DNA of 64,000 bases from Spirochaetia bacterium (GTDB lineage Bacteria > Spirochaetota > Spirochaetia > UBA9216). This document shows positions 1 through 10,102 of the stretch, piece by piece; the first letter of the stretch is position 1, and each line of letters starts with the position of its first letter. A model generated the notes under the pieces. That model made no database searches, was not told the DNA's origin, and was given only the letters and a program-made list of their open reading frames with translations. The stretch spans positions 4,320,001 through 4,384,000 of the forward strand of contig OY776510.1 in the NCBI GenBank assembly GCA_963675665.1, written 5' to 3'. Both the position numbers and the translations under genes were made by a program.

Positions 1-915
1 GATACAGGGGTTATCTTCAACATCCAGCGTTTCTCACTGCATGACGGCCCCGGAATGCGGACAGTCCTTTTTCTGAAAGGCTGTCCTCTTTCCTGCCTGT
101 GGTGTTCCAACCCCGAGTCTCAGAACCCGGATGAAGAACTGCTTTATTACAGGAACAAGTGCATCCTCTGCGGAAGTTGCGTCAAAGCCGCCGGAGGGAA
201 CGAACTGGCGGCAAGCGGAATCTCACTTTCCGAAGACGGGATTGTTTTTGACCGGGAAAAACTTGATGTAGCTGCAGCAGCTGAAACCTGTCCGACCGGA
301 GCGCTGGAGATAATTGGCCGAAAAACCAGCGCCGAAGAAATTATGCCGATGCTGATGCGCGACATTACATATTTCAGGCGCTCCGGCGGCGGAATTACGC
401 TTTCAGGAGGAGAGCCGACGATACAGACAGGGTTCTGCCGGGAGCTGCTGCTTCGGCTACGTGAACTGGGAGTGAATACAGCTGTCGAGACATGCGGGTA
501 CCGAAAGTGGGATCCTTTTCTGCGCGCGATAGAACCGGCAGATTTGATTTTATACGATCTTAAAGCAGCAGATTCTGAAGTGCACAAATCCGGCACAGGA
601 GTCGGCAACGAAATTATACTTGAAAATTTTCTGAAGCTTGTGCCTGTCAAGAATTTGACGGCCCGAATTCCGGTAATACCCGGATTTAATGCGACTGATG
701 AGAATTTCAAACAGACTGCCGCTTTTATTCTGAACAGCGGGTTCAAAGGCGAAGTCCATCTTCTACCCTATCACAGTTACGGTTCAGGAAAGTATAAAGC
801 GATGCAGCAGGAATACCAACTTGCGGGGACAGAACCTCCGACCGAAGAACAACTGAAAAAATGGGCCTATGAATTTGAATCAGGAGGTCTGACAGTTAAA
901 ATACACAAGCACTGA
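1..915 (+). CDS. Glycyl-radical enzyme activating enzyme (radical SAM), 5'-truncated by the window edge
   Basis: Frame 1 is open from base 1 (DTGVIFNIQRFSLHDGPGMRT). It has the CxxxCxxC motif GCPLSCLWC, a ferredoxin-like insert CILCGSC...CPTGA, and GGITLSGGEP. Confidence 0.93.
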   Translation, partial: DTGVIFNIQRFSLHDGPGMRTVLFLKGCPLSCLWCSNPESQNPDEELLYYRNKCILCGSCVKAAGGNELAASGISLSEDGIVFDREKLDVAAAAETCPTGALEIIGRKTSAEEIMPMLMRDITYFRRSGGGITLSGGEPTIQTGFCRELLLRLRELGVNTAVETCGYRKWDPFLRAIEPADLILYDLKAADSEVHKSGTGVGNEIILENFLKLVPVKNLTARIPVIPGFNATDENFKQTAAFILNSGFKGEVHLLPYHSYGSGKYKAMQQEYQLAGTEPPTEEQLKKWAYEFESGGLTVKIHKH

Positions 916-932
916 TATTAATCGCTGTCTTG

Positions 933-2576
933 TCAGAGGCCCTTTTCAAATACGATCTTGCCGTCAATCATGGTAAGGTCAACCTCTACCCTGTTCAGTT
1001 TGCCTGTCGGGATCGAGGTGATATCTTCAGAAAGAACAATCATATCCGCCAGTTTTCCTTTTTCAAGGCTCCCTTTGATATCTTCTTCAAAAGACAGATA
1101 TGCACCGTGCAGAGTAGCACAGCGAACAGCCTCGGCAACAGAAATACACTGCGTCTGATCCAGCTGAATTTCATTTGTCCTGTTATACCGGTTAACCGCT
1201 CCGTCTATAGTGTGAATCCCTATAGGTCCGGACGGGTAATCGCTTGCAATAGACACCTTGATTCCGGCATCAAGCATGCTCCTGAGGGCAATAAGATACT
1301 TCATCCGCTCGCCGTAAAAACGGGCGTAATTGGCGCCTATTGTGGTGAGCATCCCCGGATTCACAGTCGGGCATATATTCATCTTTGCCATTCGATCTAT
1401 AAGGTCCTGGTCGCATAGCGTGCAGTGCTCTATGCGGTGCCGCAAATCGGGTCTCGGGTTATCTTTAAAGGCTTTCTCATAACCTTCAACCATGAATTCC
1501 ACAGCCAGGTCTCCTATCGCATGCGCAGTTGCCTGGCATTCGGCGTCGTTGATCTCTTTTATATATTCTGTCACCTCTTCACGTTCCCAGCCTCGTTCTC
1601 GCGGAAGTTCAGGATTATGACTGTAAGGCTCACGGGTTGCGCATGACGGGCCGCCGGATCCGCCGTCTATCATAAATTTGCAGGAGCCTATCCTGAAATG
1701 TTCATCTCCGAGCCCGGTAGTAAAACCGAGCGATAAAAAGTGAGCATTGTCTTCCTTTGAGAAGGGTTTACCAAAGATACTGTGAAGAAGCATATATGAA
1801 CGAATTTTAAACTTGCGCTCGCGGCAAAGCTTCTGCATTATATGGTATGAAGGCCTGTCGCACTCGCCTGCGTCATGCACCGAAGTAATTCCTGCGCGCA
1901 GTGCAATATCATGTGATTTCATGGCGGCTTTAGCCTGCTGTTCCTCGGTGTAATCTACCATCCCCCACAGCTTGAAATGGGTATGCCCCCGAACCATTCC
2001 CGTCAGCTTTCCGTCTATAACCTCAACTTCGTCTTCAGGATATTTTGCGGCGTCTTCCGGTCCGTAAACGTCCAGGTATTCAAGGGCTTTGGTATTATAC
2101 ATGCAGATATGTCCGCCTCCGTGCATACAGTGGACCGGGTTGTCGGGCGCTATTGCATCAAGTTCTTCTATTGAAGGGTGTCTTTTTTCGGGAAGCAGCA
2201 GCGGTTCATAACCCATCATCGACACCCATTGCCCGGGTTGCTTCAGGGCAACCGCTTTTTTCAGCAGGTCAAGCATTTCGGCAAGACTCCTGCAATTTGA
2301 CGCTGAAGTATTAATCATTGCAGAATCAAGTTCGGTCCCGATAAATCCTGCAAGAATCGGATGAAAATGAGAATCGATTATGCCGGGCATCAGTGTCCGA
2401 CCTGCAAGATCTATCTGTTCGGTTTTATCGTCGATATATTCATCAAGACCGTCGTTTGTTCCGACATAAACAATCCTGTTGCCCTTCACGGCAAGAGCTT
2501 CCGCTATTACGTCACCGGCGTTAACAGTAAGAACTCTTCCGTTTCTGAAAACCGTATCAGCAAATCCAAGTCTCAT
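933..2576 (-). CDS. Amidohydrolase 3 family (YtcJ-like) metal-dependent hydrolase
   Basis: Motifs DSHFH, HAIGD, RIEH, ASDYP and C-terminal KGSLEKGKLADMIVL. Start moved to ATG 2576, which has an AAGGA RBS. Confidence 0.88.
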   Translation of the reverse strand: MRLGFADTVFRNGRVLTVNAGDVIAEALAVKGNRIVYVGTNDGLDEYIDDKTEQIDLAGRTLMPGIIDSHFHPILAGFIGTELDSAMINTSASNCRSLAEMLDLLKKAVALKQPGQWVSMMGYEPLLLPEKRHPSIEELDAIAPDNPVHCMHGGGHICMYNTKALEYLDVYGPEDAAKYPEDEVEVIDGKLTGMVRGHTHFKLWGMVDYTEEQQAKAAMKSHDIALRAGITSVHDAGECDRPSYHIMQKLCRERKFKIRSYMLLHSIFGKPFSKEDNAHFLSLGFTTGLGDEHFRIGSCKFMIDGGSGGPSCATREPYSHNPELPRERGWEREEVTEYIKEINDAECQATAHAIGDLAVEFMVEGYEKAFKDNPRPDLRHRIEHCTLCDQDLIDRMAKMNICPTVNPGMLTTIGANYARFYGERMKYLIALRSMLDAGIKVSIASDYPSGPIGIHTIDGAVNRYNRTNEIQLDQTQCISVAEAVRCATLHGAYLSFEEDIKGSLEKGKLADMIVLSEDITSIPTGKLNRVEVDLTMIDGKIVFEKGL

Positions 2577-2589
2577 TTCTATCCATCCT

Positions 2590-4443
2590 TTATTTAAAAT
2601 CAAGAGCCAGCGATCCGTCCCAGTTTTCCGGGGGTTCATCCCTGAATTTCCTGCAGCGCTCGCTGAACATCATGGACAGCCAGTCATCCTTTTTAACACC
2701 AAGAACCTTCCGGAAATAATCTTCAGCTGATTCCCAGTTGCCGAGTTTGTACTGCTTCAATCCTTTATTATACCAGTCTTTTGTTTCCGTAGTATCAGGG
2801 TCATTCGGCATTATAAGAGAAAAAAGCCTTGTAGCAGACAGTTTTCCTTTAACCTTGACGATATCGACCTCCCGCAATTCCATTGAATCATCTATATGCG
2901 CCGACATCTCTTCGGATATAAGAATCTTTCTTTTATAATGCTTTGTCAGACCTTCCAGTCTTGATGCAATATTGACTGTATCTCCTATTGCAGTGTAATC
3001 AAATTTCTCAGAAGATCCAATATTACCAACAATCGCATCGCCTTCATGAAGACCTATTCCGATATCATAACCTGTAGCGGGCAGATTCAATTCATCAAGC
3101 TGAACTTTCGACATGGCTCCAATCATCTCCGAAGCTGCTTTAACAGCCCTCATCGCATTATCTTCATAACTTATGGGAGCCCCGAAAATGGCGAAGATTG
3201 CATCTCCGATAAACTTGTCTATTGAGCCCCCGTATTTTTTTATAATATCAACCATTATGGTAAAATGGCTGTTCAGGAACCTGACTACAGCTTCAGCTGA
3301 ATTGTTCTCGCTGATGGATGTGAATGATCTGATATCCGAAAAAAGAACTACAATACTCCTTTTCTCTCCAACCAGAAGCGCTTCATCGCTCTGCTTCTCG
3401 ACAAGATCATTTATTATTTCACGCGGGACAAACTTTCCAAAAACATTCCTTATGCCCTCTTCCATTCTCCTCGCCTGATTATACAGAAGAGAATTTTCAA
3501 CCACAATTGCAGAACCTTCGGAAAAAACTTCAATATTGGAACTGATTTTTTCTGAAAAATAGTTATTTATGAAGCTGCCGGCATGAATGCTCCCTACAGG
3601 TTCACCGCCTTTTCCCGTAAGCAGAAATGTAACGTAAGAACTTATTTTTCTGTTATCAAGCCGGATCTTGTCAAAATCGGTCCTGCCGTCAACACCGAAA
3701 ATTTTAGTCCTGAGATCTTTAAAGCCGAGTTCCGGAAATTCTTCAGCAAAATCAGGGTAACATACTTTGATGAACTCATCGCAATCAACCTTCAAAACAG
3801 ATTCCGACGGCAAAATATATGCTTCAGGGATTCTGTTGTTTCTGATCATTATAACCCCGATATCCGCCTCACATACCATGGGTAAGAGGCTCAGTATATC
3901 TTCGCATGTTTTTTCCAGGGAACCTATGGATCGTCCTACATTCCCTATCATGTTAAGGATTGTAGATTTAAAAAGTTCGGAATCAAAAAGGGATCCTATA
4001 AGCTCAAAGACGCTGTCGCTGTTTATCGAAGCTCCGTCGACGGTTATTAACTCCCTGTCCGGGGCTTCATGCCCGACAAGCCCGGCAACCTCTGAAAGCA
4101 GGATTTCAATATTATCAAAATCCTTGTTTACAAAGGAATCTGCTCCTGAAGTAATAGCCCAGTACTTGTCCCTGTCGCCGGAGAGGCTTGTATGCATAAT
4201 AATCGGAATTTTACAGATTTCACGCCGACTTTTCAGTAACCTGCTTGCCTGGTAGCCCTGCATAAGCGGCATTTCCACATCCATTACAATCAGATCCGGT
4301 ATTTCTTTATAGGCAGCAATAATACCCTCTACACCGTCGGCGGCCCGCGACACTGTATAACCTTCATTTCGCAGTGTCTGTTCAAGAACGCCGGCAACCA
4401 GGTCGGAATCATCTATAACCAGTATTTTATATTTCCTCTCCAT
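2590..4443 (-). CDS. Response regulator with class III adenylate cyclase output (REC - GAF-like - CYC - TPR-like tail)
   Basis: REC VIDDS...VMDVEMP. Cyclase FSDIRSFT, IDKFIGDAI, DYTAIGDTVNIASRLE; Lys/Asp specificity residues indicate ATP. Confidence 0.9.
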   Translation of the reverse strand: MERKYKILVIDDSDLVAGVLEQTLRNEGYTVSRAADGVEGIIAAYKEIPDLIVMDVEMPLMQGYQASRLLKSRREICKIPIIMHTSLSGDRDKYWAITSGADSFVNKDFDNIEILLSEVAGLVGHEAPDRELITVDGASINSDSVFELIGSLFDSELFKSTILNMIGNVGRSIGSLEKTCEDILSLLPMVCEADIGVIMIRNNRIPEAYILPSESVLKVDCDEFIKVCYPDFAEEFPELGFKDLRTKIFGVDGRTDFDKIRLDNRKISSYVTFLLTGKGGEPVGSIHAGSFINNYFSEKISSNIEVFSEGSAIVVENSLLYNQARRMEEGIRNVFGKFVPREIINDLVEKQSDEALLVGEKRSIVVLFSDIRSFTSISENNSAEAVVRFLNSHFTIMVDIIKKYGGSIDKFIGDAIFAIFGAPISYEDNAMRAVKAASEMIGAMSKVQLDELNLPATGYDIGIGLHEGDAIVGNIGSSEKFDYTAIGDTVNIASRLEGLTKHYKRKILISEEMSAHIDDSMELREVDIVKVKGKLSATRLFSLIMPNDPDTTETKDWYNKGLKQYKLGNWESAEDYFRKVLGVKKDDWLSMMFSERCRKFRDEPPENWDGSLALDFK

Positions 4444-4447
4444 TTTA

Positions 4448-6613
4448 TTATCCGATAAGGTCTTTTACTTCTTTTACAAGATTCCCGCGGTCAAAATCAG
4501 ATTTTATTATAAACCGGTTTGCTCCGGCCTTACGGGATTCCCGGCGATTCTGCTCATTATCATCGGAAGAAACAACAATAACCGGAGCTGATGAATGTCT
4601 TTCGTCCTTTCTGAGGTTTTCTATAAACGTAAGACCATCCATTCTGGGCATATGTATATCGGTGATAATCAGATCAAACCGTTGTTCCTTAAGTTTCTCA
4701 AGTCCCTCAATCCCGTCGTTTGCCGTTGAGACACTGTAATGCTCCACCTCAAGAATGGATTTTTCAATTTCCCGGGTAGAAAATGAATCGTCAACCACAA
4801 GAACTTTTTTATAGGCCCTGTCCGCTGTTGAGAACTTCCGCCTGGACTCTATTCCCCTTATTCTCTTGAATCTGTTTATTATTTCAGGAATATACAGAAT
4901 ATTGATAATGTTGTAATTTTCATCAAATACTATTCCCTGTACCGATTTCATAGCAGAAAGATTTTTGGGAACAGGTTTGAAAATCAGCGAATTATACTGG
5001 ATTACCGAATCAACTGTTATTCCTATAATCTCGCCGAGGTTTTCAACAACCACAACAAAAGATTTTTCCGTGTTTACAGGTTCCAGGCTCGACTTGTCTA
5101 TTATTGCAGCCAGGGGATAAAGAGGAATAATTGAATTTCTCAGTTTATACCCCTTCCTGTTGAGAAGATCCAGCTCTTCATTTTTCGGTACTATCACTAT
5201 TTCCCTTACATAAGCGGAAGGAATCAAAAACCTTTCACCGGAAACTGCAATAAAAAATCCGTTTACGGTGGCAAGTGATAACGGAAGGGAAAGTTTGAAT
5301 TCAGTACCCTTGCCCTTTTCACTTGAGAGCGAAATCTTGCCTTTCATGCTTTCAATATTATGCTTAACTATATCCAGTCCTACTCCCCTGCCCGACAGTT
5401 CGCTTATTTCATCCTTGGTGGAAAAACCGGACATAAAAAGAAATGAATTAAGTGCGGCGTCATCCATCTCGTCAATTTCTTCTTTCTGGTTTGGAAACAT
5501 CTCGGCAGCCCGGAGCCTGACCTTTGTATAATCAAATCCTCTGCCGTCGTCGCTGATTCGGATTACTATATTCCCGCTTTCCGAAGTACAGAACACATTA
5601 AGAGAGCCTGATTCCTGCTTTCCCGCAGCTTTCCTTTCTTCCGGCTTTTCAATTCCGTGGTCGACGGCATTTCTTATTATATGAATTACAGGATCATGCA
5701 GTCTTTCAAGAATAAACTTGTCGAGCTTCAGTTCCGTGCCGTTGGTTGAGAAATCGATCTTCTTTCCCATTATCATTGCAGTTTCCTCAACCATCTTTCC
5801 AAGATTGCCCAGAATCAATTCAAGAGGTAGCATCCGAAGGGAGAGGATTTCTTCCTGAAGTTCAAATATGCTTCTTTCAATCTGGGGAAGCTCCTCAAGA
5901 AACCCTTTTTTCAGCGTTTTAAGATCCTCAAATGCTTCATTCATCTCGTCCTGCGAACCGGCGGAAAGGTGCTGAACTTTTTTTAGTCTCTGTTCAAGAT
6001 CTGCAAGCACTTCATTTTCTTTTCTGAGCTGAAACTGCCTGATAATCAGGTTGTTTAACAATTTTACAATCTTCTCAATTCTGTTTACATTAATCCGGAT
6101 AGTCTCGTATCTCTTCCCGCTATCCTCAATTTCTGATCCTGAAGCTCCGGACTTTCCGGATACAGGCGTATCAGATGTTTCTTTCTGTCCCGGAATAAGC
6201 GACCTCAGTTTTTGCACGTCATAAGGTTCATTGGAATAAGCATATTCAAAGGCCGCAACAAGTTCGGCGGCATCAATTACATCGTCAGATTCCGTTTTTA
6301 TATGCTCCGCGCATGCACGTATATAATCTGTTGTAATAAACACCAGTTGAATCAGATCAGATGCAATTCCATATCTTTCCTCTTTAACGCCCTTGAATAC
6401 ATTTTCAATTCCGTGAGTTATTTTCTCAATGGTCTTGAATTTCAGCATTCTGGATGAACCCTTCATTGTATGAAGAGCCCTCAGAAGTTTTGTCAGTTCG
6501 TCGGCATTATCCGGATCATTTTTCAGAACAAGAATGCAGTTATCAACAACAGAAAGGTTATCTTCAAGCTCTTCAAGGTAGTTTGCAATAAATGCATCTC
6601 TGTCAAGTCCCAT
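4448..6613 (-). CDS. cheA: Hybrid chemosensory histidine kinase CheA (HPT-HATPase-CheW-REC)
   Basis: HPT LHTMKGSSRM, IIRNAVDHGIE, DDGRG, SGRGVGLDIV, a CheW domain and C-terminal REC IITDIHMP. Start moved to ATG 6613. Confidence 0.93.
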   Translation of the reverse strand: MGLDRDAFIANYLEELEDNLSVVDNCILVLKNDPDNADELTKLLRALHTMKGSSRMLKFKTIEKITHGIENVFKGVKEERYGIASDLIQLVFITTDYIRACAEHIKTESDDVIDAAELVAAFEYAYSNEPYDVQKLRSLIPGQKETSDTPVSGKSGASGSEIEDSGKRYETIRINVNRIEKIVKLLNNLIIRQFQLRKENEVLADLEQRLKKVQHLSAGSQDEMNEAFEDLKTLKKGFLEELPQIERSIFELQEEILSLRMLPLELILGNLGKMVEETAMIMGKKIDFSTNGTELKLDKFILERLHDPVIHIIRNAVDHGIEKPEERKAAGKQESGSLNVFCTSESGNIVIRISDDGRGFDYTKVRLRAAEMFPNQKEEIDEMDDAALNSFLFMSGFSTKDEISELSGRGVGLDIVKHNIESMKGKISLSSEKGKGTEFKLSLPLSLATVNGFFIAVSGERFLIPSAYVREIVIVPKNEELDLLNRKGYKLRNSIIPLYPLAAIIDKSSLEPVNTEKSFVVVVENLGEIIGITVDSVIQYNSLIFKPVPKNLSAMKSVQGIVFDENYNIINILYIPEIINRFKRIRGIESRRKFSTADRAYKKVLVVDDSFSTREIEKSILEVEHYSVSTANDGIEGLEKLKEQRFDLIITDIHMPRMDGLTFIENLRKDERHSSAPVIVVSSDDNEQNRRESRKAGANRFIIKSDFDRGNLVKEVKDLIG

Positions 6614-6614
6614 A

Positions 6615-8030
6615 CTATGCTCCTTTCTTTTCCATCCTGGAAATCCAGCCCCTGCAAACTTCAGCAAAATATCGGGCGTTAAATCCCTCTAAAAGAAACT
6701 GATAACTGAAGTTACCACTTCTGATATATGCATCAATAGATCTGAGGCAGTCCTTGTAATCTCTCAATGCCTTCCCGGGATTTCTGTCCTTTTCTATTGA
6801 AGCCCTCTGATATATGGCCGGCCAGAAACCGGTGTTTTGTCTCAGAGCAGCACTGAACAGCTTTACGGCCCTGTCATAATCGCTGTTACGTAAAAACTTT
6901 ATACCCCTGAAATAATCAGTAATCTCATTCTCTCCCCACTTTTCAATGAGCTTTTCTTCCGCTTCGCCGGCCTTTTCCAGTTCCCCGGAATTAAGAAAAT
7001 ACATAGTCTTAAGATAATCTACAGCGGCGATAAAGGCGTCTGTTCCGGGCTGTTCATAAACCGGGTTGTTCAGTCTGCGGCTTATGTGTTTCAATATCTC
7101 GGAAAGCAGCACCCGGCGATTTTCATAAGAAGTTTTTGCTGTAACAGTATTCTTCGTCTGATAAGGCTGTATAATCATCTCCCTGTCCGGTATTATTCCG
7201 GCTTTTTTCTCCTGCGGCTGCTTTTTTCTGAAAAAATAACAATTGTCTGAGTTTTGCAGAACAAGCTCAACATGTCCAAGAAGCGGGATTTCTGATGAAG
7301 ACAGAAAAAGATAGCCGCCCGGCGTCATATGCGAAACAATCCTGTCGAGAATTCCTGATCGCATCCCGGTCCGAACATAGATAAGCATGTTGCGAAGGAA
7401 AACTATATCGATATTTTCCGGAACCGGATCATACGATTCATCAGCCAGATTCAGCTGAAGGGGGATTATCAGATCAAGATATTTTCCGGGAGTTCTGAAA
7501 ACATCAACAGAATCTGAGGCGTCTTTTCCAAGAAGCGAATGAAAGTCACTGCCGTCCTCCCTGAATGAATTTCTGCCGTATACACCCTTTTGCAGCATTC
7601 CAACGGCAAGAGGATTAATATCGCTTGCATATACCCTGAGGTCGGTCAGATTTCCGAGAAAGGATGCCGACAAAGCAGCAAGAGATATAGCCTCTTCACC
7701 GGTTGAACAGGCTGCACTCCATATTTTCAGCTGGCGGGGTGTATTTTTCCGTATTTCCGGAAAAATATTTTCGACAAGAACCCTGAAATGCTTCTGCTCA
7801 CGAAAAAAATATGTTTCATTTATGGTAACTGCGTCCAGAAACATATCTCTTTCAGCAGCATCAGACTTAACCAATGAAAGGTAATCTTCCGCTGAAATCT
7901 TTAAAGCTCCGGTTCGGTCTGCAATATAGGATTGTACAAACCGGTAATTGGTTTCCGGCAAAGTGATGCCTGTAAGCGTTTCGATAAACGATAAAACTTT
8001 TTCAAAGCAGTAAGCTTCCGCCGAAATCAT
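6615..8030 (-). CDS. cheR: CheR methyltransferase with C-terminal TPR region (WspC/FrzF-like)
   Basis: INETYFFRE, WSAACSTGEE, FLRNMLIY, and a helical TPR-like C-terminus. Confidence 0.9.
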   Translation of the reverse strand: MISAEAYCFEKVLSFIETLTGITLPETNYRFVQSYIADRTGALKISAEDYLSLVKSDAAERDMFLDAVTINETYFFREQKHFRVLVENIFPEIRKNTPRQLKIWSAACSTGEEAISLAALSASFLGNLTDLRVYASDINPLAVGMLQKGVYGRNSFREDGSDFHSLLGKDASDSVDVFRTPGKYLDLIIPLQLNLADESYDPVPENIDIVFLRNMLIYVRTGMRSGILDRIVSHMTPGGYLFLSSSEIPLLGHVELVLQNSDNCYFFRKKQPQEKKAGIIPDREMIIQPYQTKNTVTAKTSYENRRVLLSEILKHISRRLNNPVYEQPGTDAFIAAVDYLKTMYFLNSGELEKAGEAEEKLIEKWGENEITDYFRGIKFLRNSDYDRAVKLFSAALRQNTGFWPAIYQRASIEKDRNPGKALRDYKDCLRSIDAYIRSGNFSYQFLLEGFNARYFAEVCRGWISRMEKKGA

Positions 8031-9064
8031 CTCTTTAAAGCACCCTCCATCATCGAAATCATCCTTTCAGGAATCTCCTGGAGCGGCAGGATTTCCGACG
8101 CTGCGCCCGCATCTATAGCAGCCTTGGGCATACCGAAGATAGCGCTTGTCGACTGATCCTGAACAAGGGTATATCCGCCTTTATTAAGTATTTTCAGGCA
8201 TCCGTCCGCTCCGTCGCGCCCCATCCCCGTCAGCAGAACTCCCAAAAGATTTTTCCCGTAATTTTCTGCTGCTGTCGAAAACAGTACATCCACAGCCGGT
8301 TTCTGGTTGAGTACTGCAGGCGTATCCTCAAGACACAGCCTGTTTTGTCTCACTGCCAGATGCCGGTTTACAGGGGCTATCAATACTTCTCCGGGGGTAA
8401 AAACATCGTTATCAACCGCAAGCCTGACTTTTAATTCCACAAGCTCATCCAGCCATGCGGCATAACCATGATCAAAATGCTCTTCAAGATGCTGCACAAC
8501 CGCTATACCGACAGGAAACGAAGACGGAAGCCTCGACAGCAGCTCTTTGACGGCCAGGGGACCGCCTGTAGAAGCCCCTATTACTACAGCAGCCGTTTTT
8601 ACAGGCGGAACTTTCCCCAATATTATTCCTTTGCCGTTTTTGCTCCCGGGATAATTATACCTTGCAGATTGGGAAGCAAGCCTGATTTTTGAAGTAAGCT
8701 CATTCAGGAATACAGGAGAACTTATAACGTCAATATCGGGTTTCTCGATAATATCCAGAGCGCCGGACGATAACGCTTCGAAACTTACTCCGGCGTCTAC
8801 AGAATTTGAAAATATCACGATAGGCACGGGTTTTTCGGACATGATCCGGCTTGTCGCTTCAAGACCGTTCATCACCGGCATATTAATATCCATTATAATA
8901 ACATCCGGTTCAAGTTCATTATTCAGTTCACAGGCCTTCTGTCCGTTTGAGGCTTCGCCGATTACCGAGAAACCTTCGGCATCAGTCAGTACATGCCTGA
9001 GAATACTTCTAATCAGAGCGGAATCGTCCACAATCAGGACTCCAAGCCCTGCTTTACTGCTCAT
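8027..9064 (-). CDS. cheB: REC-CheB protein-glutamate methylesterase
   Basis: N-terminal REC; catalytic GASTGG, QH and GMGRDGA. Confidence 0.95.
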   Translation of the reverse strand: MSSKAGLGVLIVDDSALIRSILRHVLTDAEGFSVIGEASNGQKACELNNELEPDVIIMDINMPVMNGLEATSRIMSEKPVPIVIFSNSVDAGVSFEALSSGALDIIEKPDIDVISSPVFLNELTSKIRLASQSARYNYPGSKNGKGIILGKVPPVKTAAVVIGASTGGPLAVKELLSRLPSSFPVGIAVVQHLEEHFDHGYAAWLDELVELKVRLAVDNDVFTPGEVLIAPVNRHLAVRQNRLCLEDTPAVLNQKPAVDVLFSTAAENYGKNLLGVLLTGMGRDGADGCLKILNKGGYTLVQDQSTSAIFGMPKAAIDAGAASEILPLQEIPERMISMMEGALKR

Positions 9065-9606
9065 GCTGTCAAGCCTCCGTAAATGACGGTATCAATATCA
9101 ATAAAAAAGTAGGCGCCGAGATTCCCCCTGAATCTGCATCCGAGAATCCCTTTATCGTTCAGACGTTTCCTCAGCCGTCCCGGCAGCAGTTTGATTTCGC
9201 TGAAATCAACTTTTATGATTTCGGACTGGCTCCCTATTCTGAATGCCAGGTAATCTGTACTTGCTTCAGGATCCGTATTTGTTATAACTGTCCTTATTTT
9301 ATTTCCTGTAATTTTGTTAAACATTGAAACATCAGATACAAGCGCTATTTTCAAACCCTTCTGGGGTTCCGCCTGAAAGAGTTCACCCAGAAGGGTATCC
9401 AGTTCATAGACTACAAGCTTTTCATGCCTGAACATCATAGTGCCTGCGCAATATTCCGGACAGATCTCATTTCCCTGATAAGGAACAATATTATCAAGAT
9501 AAACGCTGGCAAAAAACTGGTCCCTGTTTATCAAAAATCCCACATTTTCATGCTCCACCGACAGGAAATCATGAGCATTTAGAGAAAAAGACTTTTCAGG
9601 CTCCAA
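9061..9606 (-). CDS. Divergent CheW-like coupling protein
   Basis: CheW-like beta-rich pattern, located between cheW and cheB. Likely TTG start at 9606 with a GGAG RBS, overlapping the upstream stop. Confidence 0.6.
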   Translation of the reverse strand: MEPEKSFSLNAHDFLSVEHENVGFLINRDQFFASVYLDNIVPYQGNEICPEYCAGTMMFRHEKLVVYELDTLLGELFQAEPQKGLKIALVSDVSMFNKITGNKIRTVITNTDPEASTDYLAFRIGSQSEIIKVDFSEIKLLPGRLRKRLNDKGILGCRFRGNLGAYFFIDIDTVIYGGLTA

Positions 9607-10102
9607 GATCCCGCTCCAGTCTTTCGAGTACTTTCTGCAAATCAACAATAAAAATCTCCTGTTCATGCAGGGAAATGGAACCCAGAAAAAAACCCTCCTC
9701 GCCCGTATCCTCGGTTATAAGATGGATATTCTTTTCAGTCAGCTTTGCGATTTCAAGAATCTCGGAAATAATAAATGCAAGCTGATCATTCTCACGGTTG
9801 ATTACCATAAAAACTGCCGATTCATTTCGCTCCTGCTCAAATAGCGCGTTAAGATCAAGCACAGTATACGGCTCTCCATGCCTGTTTATAAAACCCCTGA
9901 CATATGGGGGCACAAACGGTACATAAAATAAAGGATAATCCAGTATTATTTCTCTAATATCGTTTGCATAAAGAGCATATTTTTTTCCGGCCACCTGAAA
10001 AACTATAAATTTTTCTATTCTTTCATCTCTTACAATCCTGTCTTTTTTATCCAGTGACTGTTCTTTCTCAATACGCTCAAGCAATTCGTCATTATTCATC
10101 AT
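9596..10102 (-). CDS. cheW: CheW coupling protein
   Basis: FIVFQVAGKKYAL, VPFVPPYVRGFINRHGEPYTVLDL. Start moved to MMNND. Confidence 0.9.
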   Translation of the reverse strand: MMNNDELLERIEKEQSLDKKDRIVRDERIEKFIVFQVAGKKYALYANDIREIILDYPLFYVPFVPPYVRGFINRHGEPYTVLDLNALFEQERNESAVFMVINRENDQLAFIISEILEIAKLTEKNIHLITEDTGEEGFFLGSISLHEQEIFIVDLQKVLERLERDLGA

